A DNA stretch of 34,830 nucleotides from a virus (taxonomy: Duplodnaviria > Caudoviricetes). The translations under genes and the position numbers were made by a program. Of the stretch, positions 1 to 10,023 are shown one piece after another. The DNA is taken from the IMG/VR virus record IMGVR_UViG_3300012933_000491, positions 1 through 34,830 of that record; one strand, 5' to 3'. A model generated the notes under the pieces. That model did no database searches. It was not told the origin of the DNA and saw only the letters and a list, made by a program, of their open reading frames with translations. Numbering within the stretch: the stretch's first letter is position 1; each line of letters starts with the position of its first letter.

Positions 1-65
1 TGTTTGATCTGTTATCTCCAACCAACAAAAGCCGCGGGCTTTATGCAAGCTAACGCGGAATCTTA

Positions 66-1337
66 ATGGTTGCGGTGTGGGGTAGCGGGGTTTATAAATT
101 AACTCTTTCTGGCGGTGTTTTTTCTTACGTATTTATAGGGTTTCTTGACACTACTGCTGGTGATGTTTATATGGCAGAAAACAACAATAACCAAATAGCT
201 ATAACGGATGGAATTAATATATATGGGTATAAGTGGAGCGATCCTCCTGCATTATTAAGCTCTAATGGCGCGGGAATTACCATACCAGCAGGACTTAAAA
301 ATCCCGGTTATATTTCTTTTCAAAACGGAAGATTTATAGTTTCAGATACAACTTCAAAAAACTGGTATTTATCAGCCGCAAATGATGTAACAAGCTTTCC
401 ATCTACAGCGCAATTTCAAGGATCCCTAGAAAGCAAGCCAGATACGGTTCAAGCGGTTTTCCCGACCCCAGGCGGTGGTAACAACATAGTAGTTTTTGGA
501 CATACTGTTATTGAGCAATGGCAAGATATAGGGGCTGCATTGTTTCCTTATCAGCGCAGTTCAACATCTAATATTGACTTTGGAACAATTAATGCATCCA
601 GTATAGCAGCTTTAGATAGCTATGTTGTATGGCTTGCTGTAAACGAATCTTCGGGTGTATCCTTGATGATTTACGCAGGGAATAATGCACAACGTATATC
701 AATGGATGGGCTTGACTATAAGCTTGCCTCTTTATCGGCGCCAGAAGATTGCACGGCTTTTCTTTTTAGACAAGATGGGCATATTATTTACCAGTTTACG
801 TTTATTACAGATAACTTAAGTTACATATACGATTTAACCACCCAGCAATTTTTTACGGTTACTGATGAAAACTTAAATCACCATATAGCAAAAAATGTAG
901 TTTTCTTTCAAAACAAATATTATTTTGTTTCTTTGAATGGAGGCGATCTTTATGAGTTTGGTTCTAATATAACATTTATGGAGTATGCAAGCTTAGTTAG
1001 ACACATTATTCCACAAATACGCATAACAAACCCCATAAGATTGCCAAATCAAAGTATGTTTATTATAAAAAGCGCATCCTTTACGGTTGAGAATGGACAA
1101 CAGGCTTCCCCAATAGTTCCACCAAGTACTTCTGCTGCAATTGATTTATCTATATCTAGGAATGGAGGAGAGTCTTTTGGGTCTGCTGTAAGAATAGATT
1201 CTAATCCTAGCGGACAAAGAAGAAGTAAGCTTATTTACCAAAAACTAGGTCAAGCAAACGATGCTACCTTTCAGATACGGTTTATAGGATATCAAAGATT
1301 TGTAGCTTTTGATGGTGTTGTGGAGATATATCAATGA
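66..1337 (+). CDS. P22 gp10-like tail hub / packaged-DNA stabilization protein (C-terminal part; N-terminus at 34667-34830 + 8-50)
   Basis: Beta-rich 423 aa ORF with ESKPD, VFGxxxIEQW, FRQDGHIIYQFTF and SRNGGESFG motifs resembling gp10. It follows the gp4-like adaptor across the junction. Confidence 0.8.
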   Translation: MVAVWGSGVYKLTLSGGVFSYVFIGFLDTTAGDVYMAENNNNQIAITDGINIYGYKWSDPPALLSSNGAGITIPAGLKNPGYISFQNGRFIVSDTTSKNWYLSAANDVTSFPSTAQFQGSLESKPDTVQAVFPTPGGGNNIVVFGHTVIEQWQDIGAALFPYQRSSTSNIDFGTINASSIAALDSYVVWLAVNESSGVSLMIYAGNNAQRISMDGLDYKLASLSAPEDCTAFLFRQDGHIIYQFTFITDNLSYIYDLTTQQFFTVTDENLNHHIAKNVVFFQNKYYFVSLNGGDLYEFGSNITFMEYASLVRHIIPQIRITNPIRLPNQSMFIIKSASFTVENGQQASPIVPPSTSAAIDLSISRNGGESFGSAVRIDSNPSGQRRSKLIYQKLGQANDATFQIRFIGYQRFVAFDGVVEIYQ

Positions 1338-1648
1338 CAGACAGTGTTGTTAGGGTGCCAAATCTCCCGTTAGGTAAAATAGTTGATGAGTCTTTTAATG
1401 CAACAGATGACGAATTAACTTTTAGGCATACATTAATAACTTGCCTACAAAAAAACTTTGGAAATGAGGGTGTTGTAATACCTACGCAAGACAGTGCTAA
1501 TATAGCTATAATAGAAGCAAATCAAAATGAAAACCTGCAATATACATGTCAGGCAGGAACCTTTATTTATGATTCAGATACAGACACTGTAAAAGTTTCT
1601 ATTCTTGTAGCAGGTGTTCCTGTATTTAAAACCGTAACGGTAACATAA
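1334..1648 (+). CDS. Small virion protein between tail hub and ejection genes
   Basis: ATGA overlap with the upstream gene; position in the structural operon. Confidence 0.6.
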   Translation: MTDSVVRVPNLPLGKIVDESFNATDDELTFRHTLITCLQKNFGNEGVVIPTQDSANIAIIEANQNENLQYTCQAGTFIYDSDTDTVKVSILVAGVPVFKTVTVT

Positions 1649-1659
1649 GGATATAAAAA

Positions 1660-2412
1660 ATGAGCTTTGGAGCAATATTGGGTGGATTATCAGGGCTTGG
1701 GTCTGTGGTTCAAGGTTTGTCTGGTTTATTTGGGCATAAAAATAAAGGGCAAGCAGCACAAGCAAATCCAGCAACTGCAGCAGATTCATATTATACGCAG
1801 ATACCTGAAAAAGCACTTCCTTATTATCAGCCCTATATGGAAGCAGGCCAAGGCGCCATGGGTAACTTGGCTGGTGAATATGGCAAAATGACCAGCAATC
1901 CACAGGATTTATATAATAAATTTGGAGGCGGTTACAAAGAGTCTTCAGGTTACCAAACACGCTTGCAAAGCGCACTGCAAGCAGCGCAAAATGCATCAGC
2001 CGCAGGCGGAATGCTTGGAACGCCCCAATATCAGCAGCAAGCGGCTCAAATAGCTAATGATATGAGTGCAAAGGATTATGAGGATTACTTAAACCATATT
2101 CTTGGTATATATGGTGGTGGCATTCAAGGTCAGCAAGGCATAGAAAACCAAGGATATGATGCCTCTAAAGGGTATGCTAATTTGTTGGGTGGCGCTTTGT
2201 CTGCACAAGGACAAAATGCTTACGCAGGGCAAGCAGGACAAAACGCAGCGCAAGCAGCGCAAAATCAACAAAACCAACAAAATAGAGCGCAAAGCTGGGG
2301 TAATGTATTTGGTGGATTAAGCGGACTTGGAAGTCTTTTTGGAAACAGTGGCGCAGGAAATCTTCCAGCACAAAACAATTGGGCGAATTTATTTGGAGGT
2401 GAAAATAGATGA
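1660..2412 (+). CDS. DNA ejection/pilot protein (P22 gp7-like)
   Basis: Gly/Ala/Gln-rich, with a hydrophobic Gly-rich N-terminus and PYMEAG, SGYQTRL and SAAGGMLG motifs. AAGGA RBS upstream. Confidence 0.75.
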   Translation: MSFGAILGGLSGLGSVVQGLSGLFGHKNKGQAAQANPATAADSYYTQIPEKALPYYQPYMEAGQGAMGNLAGEYGKMTSNPQDLYNKFGGGYKESSGYQTRLQSALQAAQNASAAGGMLGTPQYQQQAAQIANDMSAKDYEDYLNHILGIYGGGIQGQQGIENQGYDASKGYANLLGGALSAQGQNAYAGQAGQNAAQAAQNQQNQQNRAQSWGNVFGGLSGLGSLFGNSGAGNLPAQNNWANLFGGENR

Positions 2413-4193
2413 GCATTCAATACTTTCCGTCATTTAGGCTTACGCCTGAAGAAGCAGGGTTTAGTGGAAAAGTAAACTATGCAGATGCTTTCAGTAAAGG
2501 CTTAAAGCAAGGATATGAGCCACGCAATCATTCTGAAGATTTACTTACTAAAATGCTTAAAAATAAATTGCTTGGTGTAGAGTCAAAGTATGCCGAACCT
2601 AAAAGCATGGCGGATTTATTGCGTATGAATCTTGCTAATCAATTTGCTAGCGGTTCTATGGCTGACAGGCTTCAAGCATTATCTCTTGCTAATGAAGGCA
2701 CTGGATTGTCCAATCAATATGCAAGAGAGTCTATGCCCGATAAGCTTTTATCCAATCAATTAGCAAATCAAAGCGCTGGACTTAGCGTGCAAAAACAGCG
2801 TTTATTGCAAAATTTATATAATGCTAGCCCAGAAACTGCATTGGGTGGTGATGTAGCGCAAACACTAGGATTGATGTCCGCTCGCGATAGAATGCAAGCA
2901 GAAGCTGAATCGCAAAATGATGATAGACCTCAATATGCTAAAAATATGGAGATTAGCTTAAACTTACCGCAAGAACCTGAAGGCGCTGTACAGGTAGGAC
3001 CTGATGAGGAAATTAGCGAAGAAGAATACAGAAGACAAGCAGGGCAAAGAGTACAACCTATTATTCCTAAGGAAATTTTAGAGGTTGCAAGAAAAGAAAA
3101 AGAAAAAGAAGAAAAAAAAGAGGAAAGGCAAAATTTAACTGGAAACTTTATAAGTAAGAAAGGGGCTGCCAATGATAAGTTGCTGGCAGAAGCAGTTAAA
3201 GACATAGACAGGAAAATTAATTTATACGGTCCAAATTCATTGCAAGTAAAACAAGCAAGATCGCGCGCTAATGCAATTGCAGACTCGGTAAGTAATGAAA
3301 GGTCAAAGGAGGGTTATTTAGACGCTATCCTTCCAATGACGTCGCCAATAAAAAAACCTATAACAAACACTAAACAAGCAAACATTGATGCAATAAATCA
3401 GAAATTAAGCGGAAAACAAGTAAAAGGAACATTATTAGAAGAAGCGGATAAATACGCAGACAAGCAATCCAAACTATACGGGTATAGCTCGCCAGAGGCT
3501 ACGCGCGCAAGAAAGTATGCAAATAGTATTGCTGAATCAAAAAACAAGCAAGGATCTGTAGGGCCTCATTTAAAAGCAATAAATGATCTTCAGGCAATAA
3601 AAGAAACGTATGGGGAAGGCAGCGATGAGTATAAAACTCAAAAAGGTATAGTGGATGCTTTTAAAAAGAGCCAAGAATTTGTTCCAAACACTAAAGAAGT
3701 TATCACGCAAAATCAAAACGTTGTTAATGGTGTTGCTGAAACGGCAGCGGCATTTGATAAATTAATTAAACTTCCTTCTCCATTTGAAAATATTGGAAAC
3801 AAAGTATTGAAAGCGGATCAAATTGCAGCGCATAAAGCTGCTGTTGTTGAAGCGCTAGAGGGGATTATCAAATCAAACAACTGGATAAGAACCAACAAAT
3901 CTATAGCTGCTGCGCGTGAGATAGCGGAAAGAGGCGAGCTTGAAAGCGATAAAGCATATAGGGAAAGACTTAAAATATCAAAACAGCAAGCAATAGAAAA
4001 AGCAAAAAAATCAAGAGAGATTTTAAGGAATGGGACACCAATAGATGCGGATAAAGAAAGTGAAGAATACTTTAATCCTGAGAAATATGACTTACCAAAA
4101 AATACAATTCCAATGTCAATGAATGGAAAACTATTTTTTATTCCTAAAGAAAAGTCTGAAGAAATGCTTAAAAAGGGGTTTAAATATGGATGA
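2409..4193 (+). CDS. Ejection/internal virion protein (gp20 position)
   Basis: 594 aa helical, charged ORF coupled to the gp7-like gene by ATGA; contains internal repeats. Confidence 0.6.
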   Translation: MSIQYFPSFRLTPEEAGFSGKVNYADAFSKGLKQGYEPRNHSEDLLTKMLKNKLLGVESKYAEPKSMADLLRMNLANQFASGSMADRLQALSLANEGTGLSNQYARESMPDKLLSNQLANQSAGLSVQKQRLLQNLYNASPETALGGDVAQTLGLMSARDRMQAEAESQNDDRPQYAKNMEISLNLPQEPEGAVQVGPDEEISEEEYRRQAGQRVQPIIPKEILEVARKEKEKEEKKEERQNLTGNFISKKGAANDKLLAEAVKDIDRKINLYGPNSLQVKQARSRANAIADSVSNERSKEGYLDAILPMTSPIKKPITNTKQANIDAINQKLSGKQVKGTLLEEADKYADKQSKLYGYSSPEATRARKYANSIAESKNKQGSVGPHLKAINDLQAIKETYGEGSDEYKTQKGIVDAFKKSQEFVPNTKEVITQNQNVVNGVAETAAAFDKLIKLPSPFENIGNKVLKADQIAAHKAAVVEALEGIIKSNNWIRTNKSIAAAREIAERGELESDKAYRERLKISKQQAIEKAKKSREILRNGTPIDADKESEEYFNPEKYDLPKNTIPMSMNGKLFFIPKEKSEEMLKKGFKYG

Positions 4194-6027
4194 GTTTGAG
4201 CAATACAGTGCACGCAACTTCTTAAAGAAAAAACCAAAGGAAGACTTATCCGAATATTCTCAATACAGTGCTGATAATTTTTTAAAGAAAGATAAAAAAG
4301 AACGTTCTTTTGCAAGCAAATTATTACCTAATATAGCAACAGGTTTATTAAATGCAGGTCGAGGAATAGCCAATACTCCGCATAATATAGCTGGTTTAGT
4401 AGGACTTGGTGAATATGTTCCGCAAGTAGACCCTGAATTTAATTACGCAAGACAATTGGGTCTTGAAGACGAGCAAACAACAGCAGATAAAGTTATACAG
4501 GGTATTGCTCAATATGCGCCAAGTCTTGCTATACCAGGCACTAGCATTAAAGCATTGGCAGCAGGGCAGGCAGCATACGGAGCTACACAAAATAAAAATC
4601 CATTAAAAGGCGCTGCTGAAGGTGCTATAGGTGGTGCTGCTGGCGGTATTTTGGGTAAAGGCGCACAATATGCTTTAAACAAAGTAAGGCCATCTAGATT
4701 GCTGCGTGGTAATTTAACGCCAGAACAACTTCAAAAAAACATTGATATAACAAAAGGGACAAGTACGGGGCTAGGGCAAGTTCTTGGTAGCCCTGTTTTA
4801 AATAGATTGCATGAAAATATTTTGCCTAACATTATTGGATCTGGATCTGAAAAAATAGCACAAAAAAATGCAGAAATAATAGGAAAAAAAGGATCCGAAC
4901 TATTTAATAAAATTAAGGGTGATATTAATCCAGAAGATTATGGGATTCATTTACAGGAAGCGTTAAAAACCGCTGAAAAAGAAGCAAGAGCTGGAAAAAA
5001 TGCAAATTATGCACAACTTAATAAATTAGCTGAAGAAAATAATGTAAAAGTTGGACGAAAAAATTTCACGGAAACGGCGTCAAAAGTAATATCGGATATA
5101 AATAAAAGCCCTGAATTAAAGAATGAATTTGGAAAAGAATTATATAAGTCATTGTTAAAGTACGCAAAAAATAAAGAAGGCAATAGCCTTGAGTTAACAA
5201 ATATATTTAGAGGTAAGTTAGGAGATAAAGCGTCTAAGCTATATAAAGACAATAATATGCATGAATACGGTCTTGTAAAAGACCTTCAAAATTCGTTATC
5301 AAAAGACATAGAAGAATCTTTTAATGCAACTGGAAACAGTAAATTAAAAGAAGCGTATGAAAAATCACAAAGGGAATATCGTGAAAATTTCGCGCCTTTT
5401 GAAGATCGCAACATTGTTAAGTTTACTCGACAAGGTGGCGATCCAGATATGATTCTTAGTCATTTTCTGAAGGGGGGCAAGAATGATCGGGCAACACTCC
5501 TGAAGAAGCTAGATCAAGCTTATAAGCAAAATAAAACATCGCCAACCAAAACAAACATTCTGCCATCTGCGTATCTCTCAAAAGCATTTGATGCTGAAGG
5601 GCGCATCAACCCAACCAAATTTAAAACATTATACAATAATCTTGGCGAAAAGCAAGCGGACGTTCTTTTTGGTAAAGGAACAAAATTGCACAAAGAGGTA
5701 AGGGATTATGTAAATTTGGTTGGTAAAAATGCGCATTCATTTAATTTAATGGCAAACCCAAATACAGGGCAAAAATTAATGGGATTATTGCATACAGGTC
5801 TTGCGCTTAAAAGCCTTCCACTTGCAATAGGAGGAGGTGTTGCGTCAAATGTGGCATCAAAGTTATTAACAAATGAATCAATAAGAGAAAAACTATTGAA
5901 AGCTATGATAAAAAACAAAGATTTTAAAATACCTTACGCTGAAAAAGCAGGCGCAGGAATATCTCAATCCATGTATCAAAATAACAAACCCATGGAAATA
6001 GACATGACAGGCGGACATCGTGAATAG
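4186..6027 (+). CDS. Ejection/DNA transfer protein (gp16 position)
   Basis: Likely start MDEFEQ at 4186, overlapping the upstream stop. Gly/Ala-rich segment (GAAEGAIGGAAGGILG) followed by a Lys-rich helical region. Confidence 0.65.
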   Translation: MDEFEQYSARNFLKKKPKEDLSEYSQYSADNFLKKDKKERSFASKLLPNIATGLLNAGRGIANTPHNIAGLVGLGEYVPQVDPEFNYARQLGLEDEQTTADKVIQGIAQYAPSLAIPGTSIKALAAGQAAYGATQNKNPLKGAAEGAIGGAAGGILGKGAQYALNKVRPSRLLRGNLTPEQLQKNIDITKGTSTGLGQVLGSPVLNRLHENILPNIIGSGSEKIAQKNAEIIGKKGSELFNKIKGDINPEDYGIHLQEALKTAEKEARAGKNANYAQLNKLAEENNVKVGRKNFTETASKVISDINKSPELKNEFGKELYKSLLKYAKNKEGNSLELTNIFRGKLGDKASKLYKDNNMHEYGLVKDLQNSLSKDIEESFNATGNSKLKEAYEKSQREYRENFAPFEDRNIVKFTRQGGDPDMILSHFLKGGKNDRATLLKKLDQAYKQNKTSPTKTNILPSAYLSKAFDAEGRINPTKFKTLYNNLGEKQADVLFGKGTKLHKEVRDYVNLVGKNAHSFNLMANPNTGQKLMGLLHTGLALKSLPLAIGGGVASNVASKLLTNESIREKLLKAMIKNKDFKIPYAEKAGAGISQSMYQNNKPMEIDMTGGHRE

Positions 6028-6087
6028 GTATACTTTTTGCCCATAGAAGAGTAAAATATTTTAATTGCATATAAAAGGACTTATTGA

Positions 6088-8289
6088 ATGGCAACACCAA
6101 ATCCGCTTTATTACATGTGCCCATCACTACAAGATTATTTTGTTGACAAGGACAATGGAGCCCCTCTAAGCGCAGGTGTTGTTACTTTTTATAAGGATAA
6201 TGACCACAACACACTTAAAAGCGTGTATCAGCAAGTAAGAAGCCCAAGCCCTCCTTATGACTATCAGTTTGTAGCACTTCCAAACCCTATGGTATTAAGT
6301 AGTGTAGGAACCTTTCTTGATAATAATGGCGCGGATATAATCCCTTATTTTTACCCATGGGAAAATGCCCCAGGATTTCCTACAGGAAACCAAGATTTAT
6401 ATTATATTACGGTAGAAAGCACGGACGGAGTGCCTCAGTTTACAAGAGAAGCATGGCCGCCAAATGCCGCAGATAACCCAAACACAAGTGAAACATTTGT
6501 ACCAACTACAAATTTGTTATCAAATCCACAATTTGTAGAGGTTCTATTTTCAGGGTCTACCTCTATACCTGTAACTGGAACAAATACGGTAACAGAAATT
6601 GCCCCAGATTGGGCAATAATTACTTCAGGTTCTGGCAACGTTGTTGTTCAGCAAGTGCCTATTATTGATAACCCATTAGAAAGCAATCCCCCTTATGTTT
6701 TAGACATACAAGTTCCTGCATTGTCAGCGCCTTTATTATTAAGGCAGAGGCTACAAAATAGCCCTAGGTTGCTAGCAGATAACTATATGGCAGGATATTT
6801 TATTGTAGCGTCTCAGGATGGGGCTAATCACGATATAGGATTAAATTATTTACCCTACGGATTAACAGCGCAATTAATATGTGAAGTGACCACTACCTCA
6901 ACGGGTGATTATCTAGCTGCATCTGGAACCGTTGAGGTTGATACGGTTTCACTTGTACCAGCAGATATAGGATATTTAGATATATACATATCTATACCAG
7001 CAAGTTCACATATCCGCATAAGCAGCATACAAGCGGTTGGCGTAGCCAATATAACTTCTTCCGCGCAATTTATACAAGAATCGGCAGCAAGACAAAAAGA
7101 CCATTTATACCATTATTGGGAGCCAAGCCTTAAAGCTATGCCCATATCTTCCTTTTTAACGGGGTGGGATTTTATTTTAAATCCAGTTCAGTGGGGTGCA
7201 TCCATAGGTCCTGTAACTGTTGGTGGAACGAATACAGCATTTTATGCATGGGACCAAACTATAATACATCAGCAAGTTGATGCTAGCGTTGTTGTCTCTT
7301 TAAATACTGGCGGAGAAATGGCAATAACTCCAAATACAACAACGCAGATAGGTATTATTCAATATCTAGCTAAATATAAATGTAAAGATGTACTTAGGGC
7401 TGTTCTATATGGTGGCGTAAGCTCGGCTGTTAAAATGTCCGCAGGACAAGATATTACTATAAATGTATCAATTTGGTATACAAAAAATGCATCGCTACCA
7501 GTGCTTACAAACCCTGCTGTAGGATTTATTGCAAAAGGGCTTTCTTTTGTACAGACTATGAGTGGAGACGGTCATCCTGAAACTGTAGTGGCTGGATGGA
7601 TTGAGATACCGCTAGTTATACCTTATAAACAAACGCAAACGATAACTGGCGATTATATTCAAAGACAGATTGATTTTGCTTTTTGGCAGGCCAATTTATC
7701 TTTGCTGGAGATAGTGCAGGCTACTTATTTTGCTATATTTGTTGGAACAAGCGCTATAAATAATGGGACTGTATTATATTTGGATTCTATAGCGCTTGTT
7801 CCCGGAGTAATTCCTACATTACCTGCTCCTCAGTCACAAGATCAGGTTTTAAGGGAGTGCCAGTATTATTTTGAGCATTCTTATGAAATTCTTTCCAGTC
7901 CTGTTCCCATTGCAACATCAAGAAATGCAGCAGTATTCCCTTTATCAAATAATACTTCTGGAATAGGTGTAACAACCGTATACCCAGAGGCGTTTACCAT
8001 AAATTATGCCCAAGAAAAAATTGTAATACCCACTGTAGCGCTCTATCCATCTTCTGGCGTATTAACGGCAGGGAATGTGTACGTAGAGGCGAATTATACA
8101 GGGGGACCTGCGGCCTCCACTGGTAATATTGTTGCATCAACCGCATGGAATCAACGGTTTATTGGAACAAGATCTGTATCTTATACGCCAGCAAATAAAA
8201 CAGCAATTTATACGGTTGCAGGAACTACAGGCGGATGGGGGTTTGTAGAAGCCCAGTATGTTTTGGACGCAAGACTAGGAGTCGTTTAA
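6088..8289 (+). CDS. Tailspike / tail fibre with N-terminal head-binding domain
   Basis: N-terminal YFVDKDNGAPLSAGVVTFY...NPMVL resembles podovirus head-binding domains. Beta-rich body and a C-terminal LRECQYYFEHSY fibre motif. Confidence 0.7.
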   Translation: MATPNPLYYMCPSLQDYFVDKDNGAPLSAGVVTFYKDNDHNTLKSVYQQVRSPSPPYDYQFVALPNPMVLSSVGTFLDNNGADIIPYFYPWENAPGFPTGNQDLYYITVESTDGVPQFTREAWPPNAADNPNTSETFVPTTNLLSNPQFVEVLFSGSTSIPVTGTNTVTEIAPDWAIITSGSGNVVVQQVPIIDNPLESNPPYVLDIQVPALSAPLLLRQRLQNSPRLLADNYMAGYFIVASQDGANHDIGLNYLPYGLTAQLICEVTTTSTGDYLAASGTVEVDTVSLVPADIGYLDIYISIPASSHIRISSIQAVGVANITSSAQFIQESAARQKDHLYHYWEPSLKAMPISSFLTGWDFILNPVQWGASIGPVTVGGTNTAFYAWDQTIIHQQVDASVVVSLNTGGEMAITPNTTTQIGIIQYLAKYKCKDVLRAVLYGGVSSAVKMSAGQDITINVSIWYTKNASLPVLTNPAVGFIAKGLSFVQTMSGDGHPETVVAGWIEIPLVIPYKQTQTITGDYIQRQIDFAFWQANLSLLEIVQATYFAIFVGTSAINNGTVLYLDSIALVPGVIPTLPAPQSQDQVLRECQYYFEHSYEILSSPVPIATSRNAAVFPLSNNTSGIGVTTVYPEAFTINYAQEKIVIPTVALYPSSGVLTAGNVYVEANYTGGPAASTGNIVASTAWNQRFIGTRSVSYTPANKTAIYTVAGTTGGWGFVEAQYVLDARLGVV

Positions 8290-8655
8290 ATGAGTTTATC
8301 AGACACACGTTTTTCAATGACCCGTGATATTAATGGGTATAATGGATTTGGTTTGCCAGCATCTACTATAAACCAAAGCATGGTACTTGCTGCAACTGTA
8401 GAGCAGCATATAACAGTGCCTGCATCACAAGGTTATTGGATAGCCATATTAAGTTATACACCCGGTGTAAATGTATGGGTTGATAATATAGGAACCGCCG
8501 TAGCGCCAACTGGGGCTGCTTCCAATACTACTGCCATGCTAAATCCTGCTGGATTATATGTTAAAGGCGGAAGTACATTAAGTTTTATTACAAGTGACGT
8601 AACAAGCCCACAGGTTGGCGTGAGGTTTTATGTTGCGCCTCCATATACAAACTAA
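8290..8655 (+). CDS. Small virion structural protein
   Basis: Abuts the tailspike stop; beta-rich, T/S/A/G-rich composition. Confidence 0.6.
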   Translation: MSLSDTRFSMTRDINGYNGFGLPASTINQSMVLAATVEQHITVPASQGYWIAILSYTPGVNVWVDNIGTAVAPTGAASNTTAMLNPAGLYVKGGSTLSFITSDVTSPQVGVRFYVAPPYTN

Positions 8656-8656
8656 C

Positions 8657-8839
8657 ATGAGCACATTCTCTACGCCTTTAGGCATGAATGCGGTTAATAA
8701 CCCATTAATAGACTCACCTTTTGTTGATCAACATAACATTGGAAGCAATTATCCGCCGTCCAATCATTATGTAATGATTACAGAAGACAATAAATTAATG
8801 ATAACCGAAACATTAAATAAATTTATGATTACGGAGTAA
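8657..8839 (+). CDS. Small virion/fibre-associated protein
   Basis: Start MSTFSTP at 8657 fills the gap between neighbours; C-terminal MITE repeated three times. Confidence 0.55.
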   Translation: MSTFSTPLGMNAVNNPLIDSPFVDQHNIGSNYPPSNHYVMITEDNKLMITETLNKFMITE

Positions 8840-8843
8840 TTAT

Positions 8844-9833
8844 ATGCCAGCATACACTAAATGGAGCTCTTTCCCGAGTACAACATCCACTACAGCAGGT
8901 GATGCTGTTGTTGGATTGCATTCAGGCGTAAATGAGCGGTTTTTAGTATCCGAAACCCCGAATGCTTCTGGTATTGCTTTATGGGATGCAAATTCTAATA
9001 TATCTGCAAATAACGTTCTGGAAGGATATGCTACCACTGAAACAGCCGCAGGAACAACAACCCTTACGGTTGCATCAAAACGCCAGCAGTTTTTTACAGG
9101 ATCAACAACCCAAACGGTTATACTTCCTGTTACTGCCACGCTTGTTTTGGGGCAGTCATTTTACATTGTTAACAACTCTACAGGTATTGTTACGGTGCAA
9201 TCATCAGGGGCTAATACCGTACAAGCCATGGCCGCAGGAACGGCTTTGCTAGTTACCTGTATCTTAACTAGCGGTACAGGTGCTGCATCTTGGAGTGCAT
9301 CTGTATTATTTAATAATGCTAATGTTACGGGATCAGGCGCATTGGTTTTAGCTAACAGCCCCTTACTAGTGACCCCAAACATTGGTACTGCCACAGCATC
9401 TAGCGTAACGTTTGCAGTTGGTAACCCATTAAGCACTTATTTGGCATCACAAAGCTTTACGCCCACCTTTACTTTTGCAACTCCCGGAGATCTAAGTGTT
9501 GCTTATGCAATACAAACAGGAAAATACTGGCAAATAGGATCAATAATTTTAATTTCTTATACAATACGCTTTACCCCTACTTATACTACTGCATCAGGAC
9601 AAGCTAGATTTGCTGGACTACCGATTTCAGCAGGATCTAATAACTGGGTTTTGAATGTAAATGAATCAACCGCTATATCGTTTGCAGGACCACAATTAAT
9701 AGCCACTGCTCCATCAACTTATTTAGTAGTAAATTACCAAGGATCTGGGATTGCGTCAACGGCATTATCAACAACTAATTTTGTTTCTGGTGTACAATAT
9801 ACATTAATAATTAGTGGAATGTATGGACTATAA
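8844..9833 (+). CDS. Tail fibre-like protein
   Basis: Thr/Ser/Ala/Gly-rich, with TGSGALVLANSPLLVTPNIGTAT and a C-terminal fibre-tip-like region (GKYWQIG...GLP). Confidence 0.7.
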   Translation: MPAYTKWSSFPSTTSTTAGDAVVGLHSGVNERFLVSETPNASGIALWDANSNISANNVLEGYATTETAAGTTTLTVASKRQQFFTGSTTQTVILPVTATLVLGQSFYIVNNSTGIVTVQSSGANTVQAMAAGTALLVTCILTSGTGAASWSASVLFNNANVTGSGALVLANSPLLVTPNIGTATASSVTFAVGNPLSTYLASQSFTPTFTFATPGDLSVAYAIQTGKYWQIGSIILISYTIRFTPTYTTASGQARFAGLPISAGSNNWVLNVNESTAISFAGPQLIATAPSTYLVVNYQGSGIASTALSTTNFVSGVQYTLIISGMYGL

Positions 9834-9834
9834 T

Positions 9835-10014
9835 ATGAATAAAAAATGGATAAAAGATGCTACAAAAAACAAAGGCGCTTTACATGAAAAGCTAGGCGTT
9901 CCTGAAGGAAAAAAAATACCCGTTAAAAAATTAGTAAAAGCAGAGCATAGTAAAAATCCCACGCTACGCAAGGAAGCAAACCTTGCTAAAACTTTAAAAT
10001 CATTCAAAAAATAA
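9835..10014 (+). CDS. Small basic phage protein
   Basis: KKWIKDATKNKGALHEKLGVPEGKKIP...ANLAKTLK, a recurrent Lys-rich phage hypothetical type; coupled to the upstream stop. Confidence 0.7.
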   Translation: MNKKWIKDATKNKGALHEKLGVPEGKKIPVKKLVKAEHSKNPTLRKEANLAKTLKSFKK

Positions 10015-10023
10015 GGATATAAA

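Noticed and set aside
51-53. Genome-wide stop-codon reassignment
   Set aside because: TAA, TAG and TGA all end well-defined genes and coding density is high under the standard code.
1574-9436. Many antisense or alternate-frame ORFs in the ORF track (e.g. 1574-1996, 3818-4315, 8840-9139)
   Set aside because: They shadow well-supported genes and lack RBS or motifs; the same applies to 12985-13395, 21855-22037, 27486-27824 and similar.
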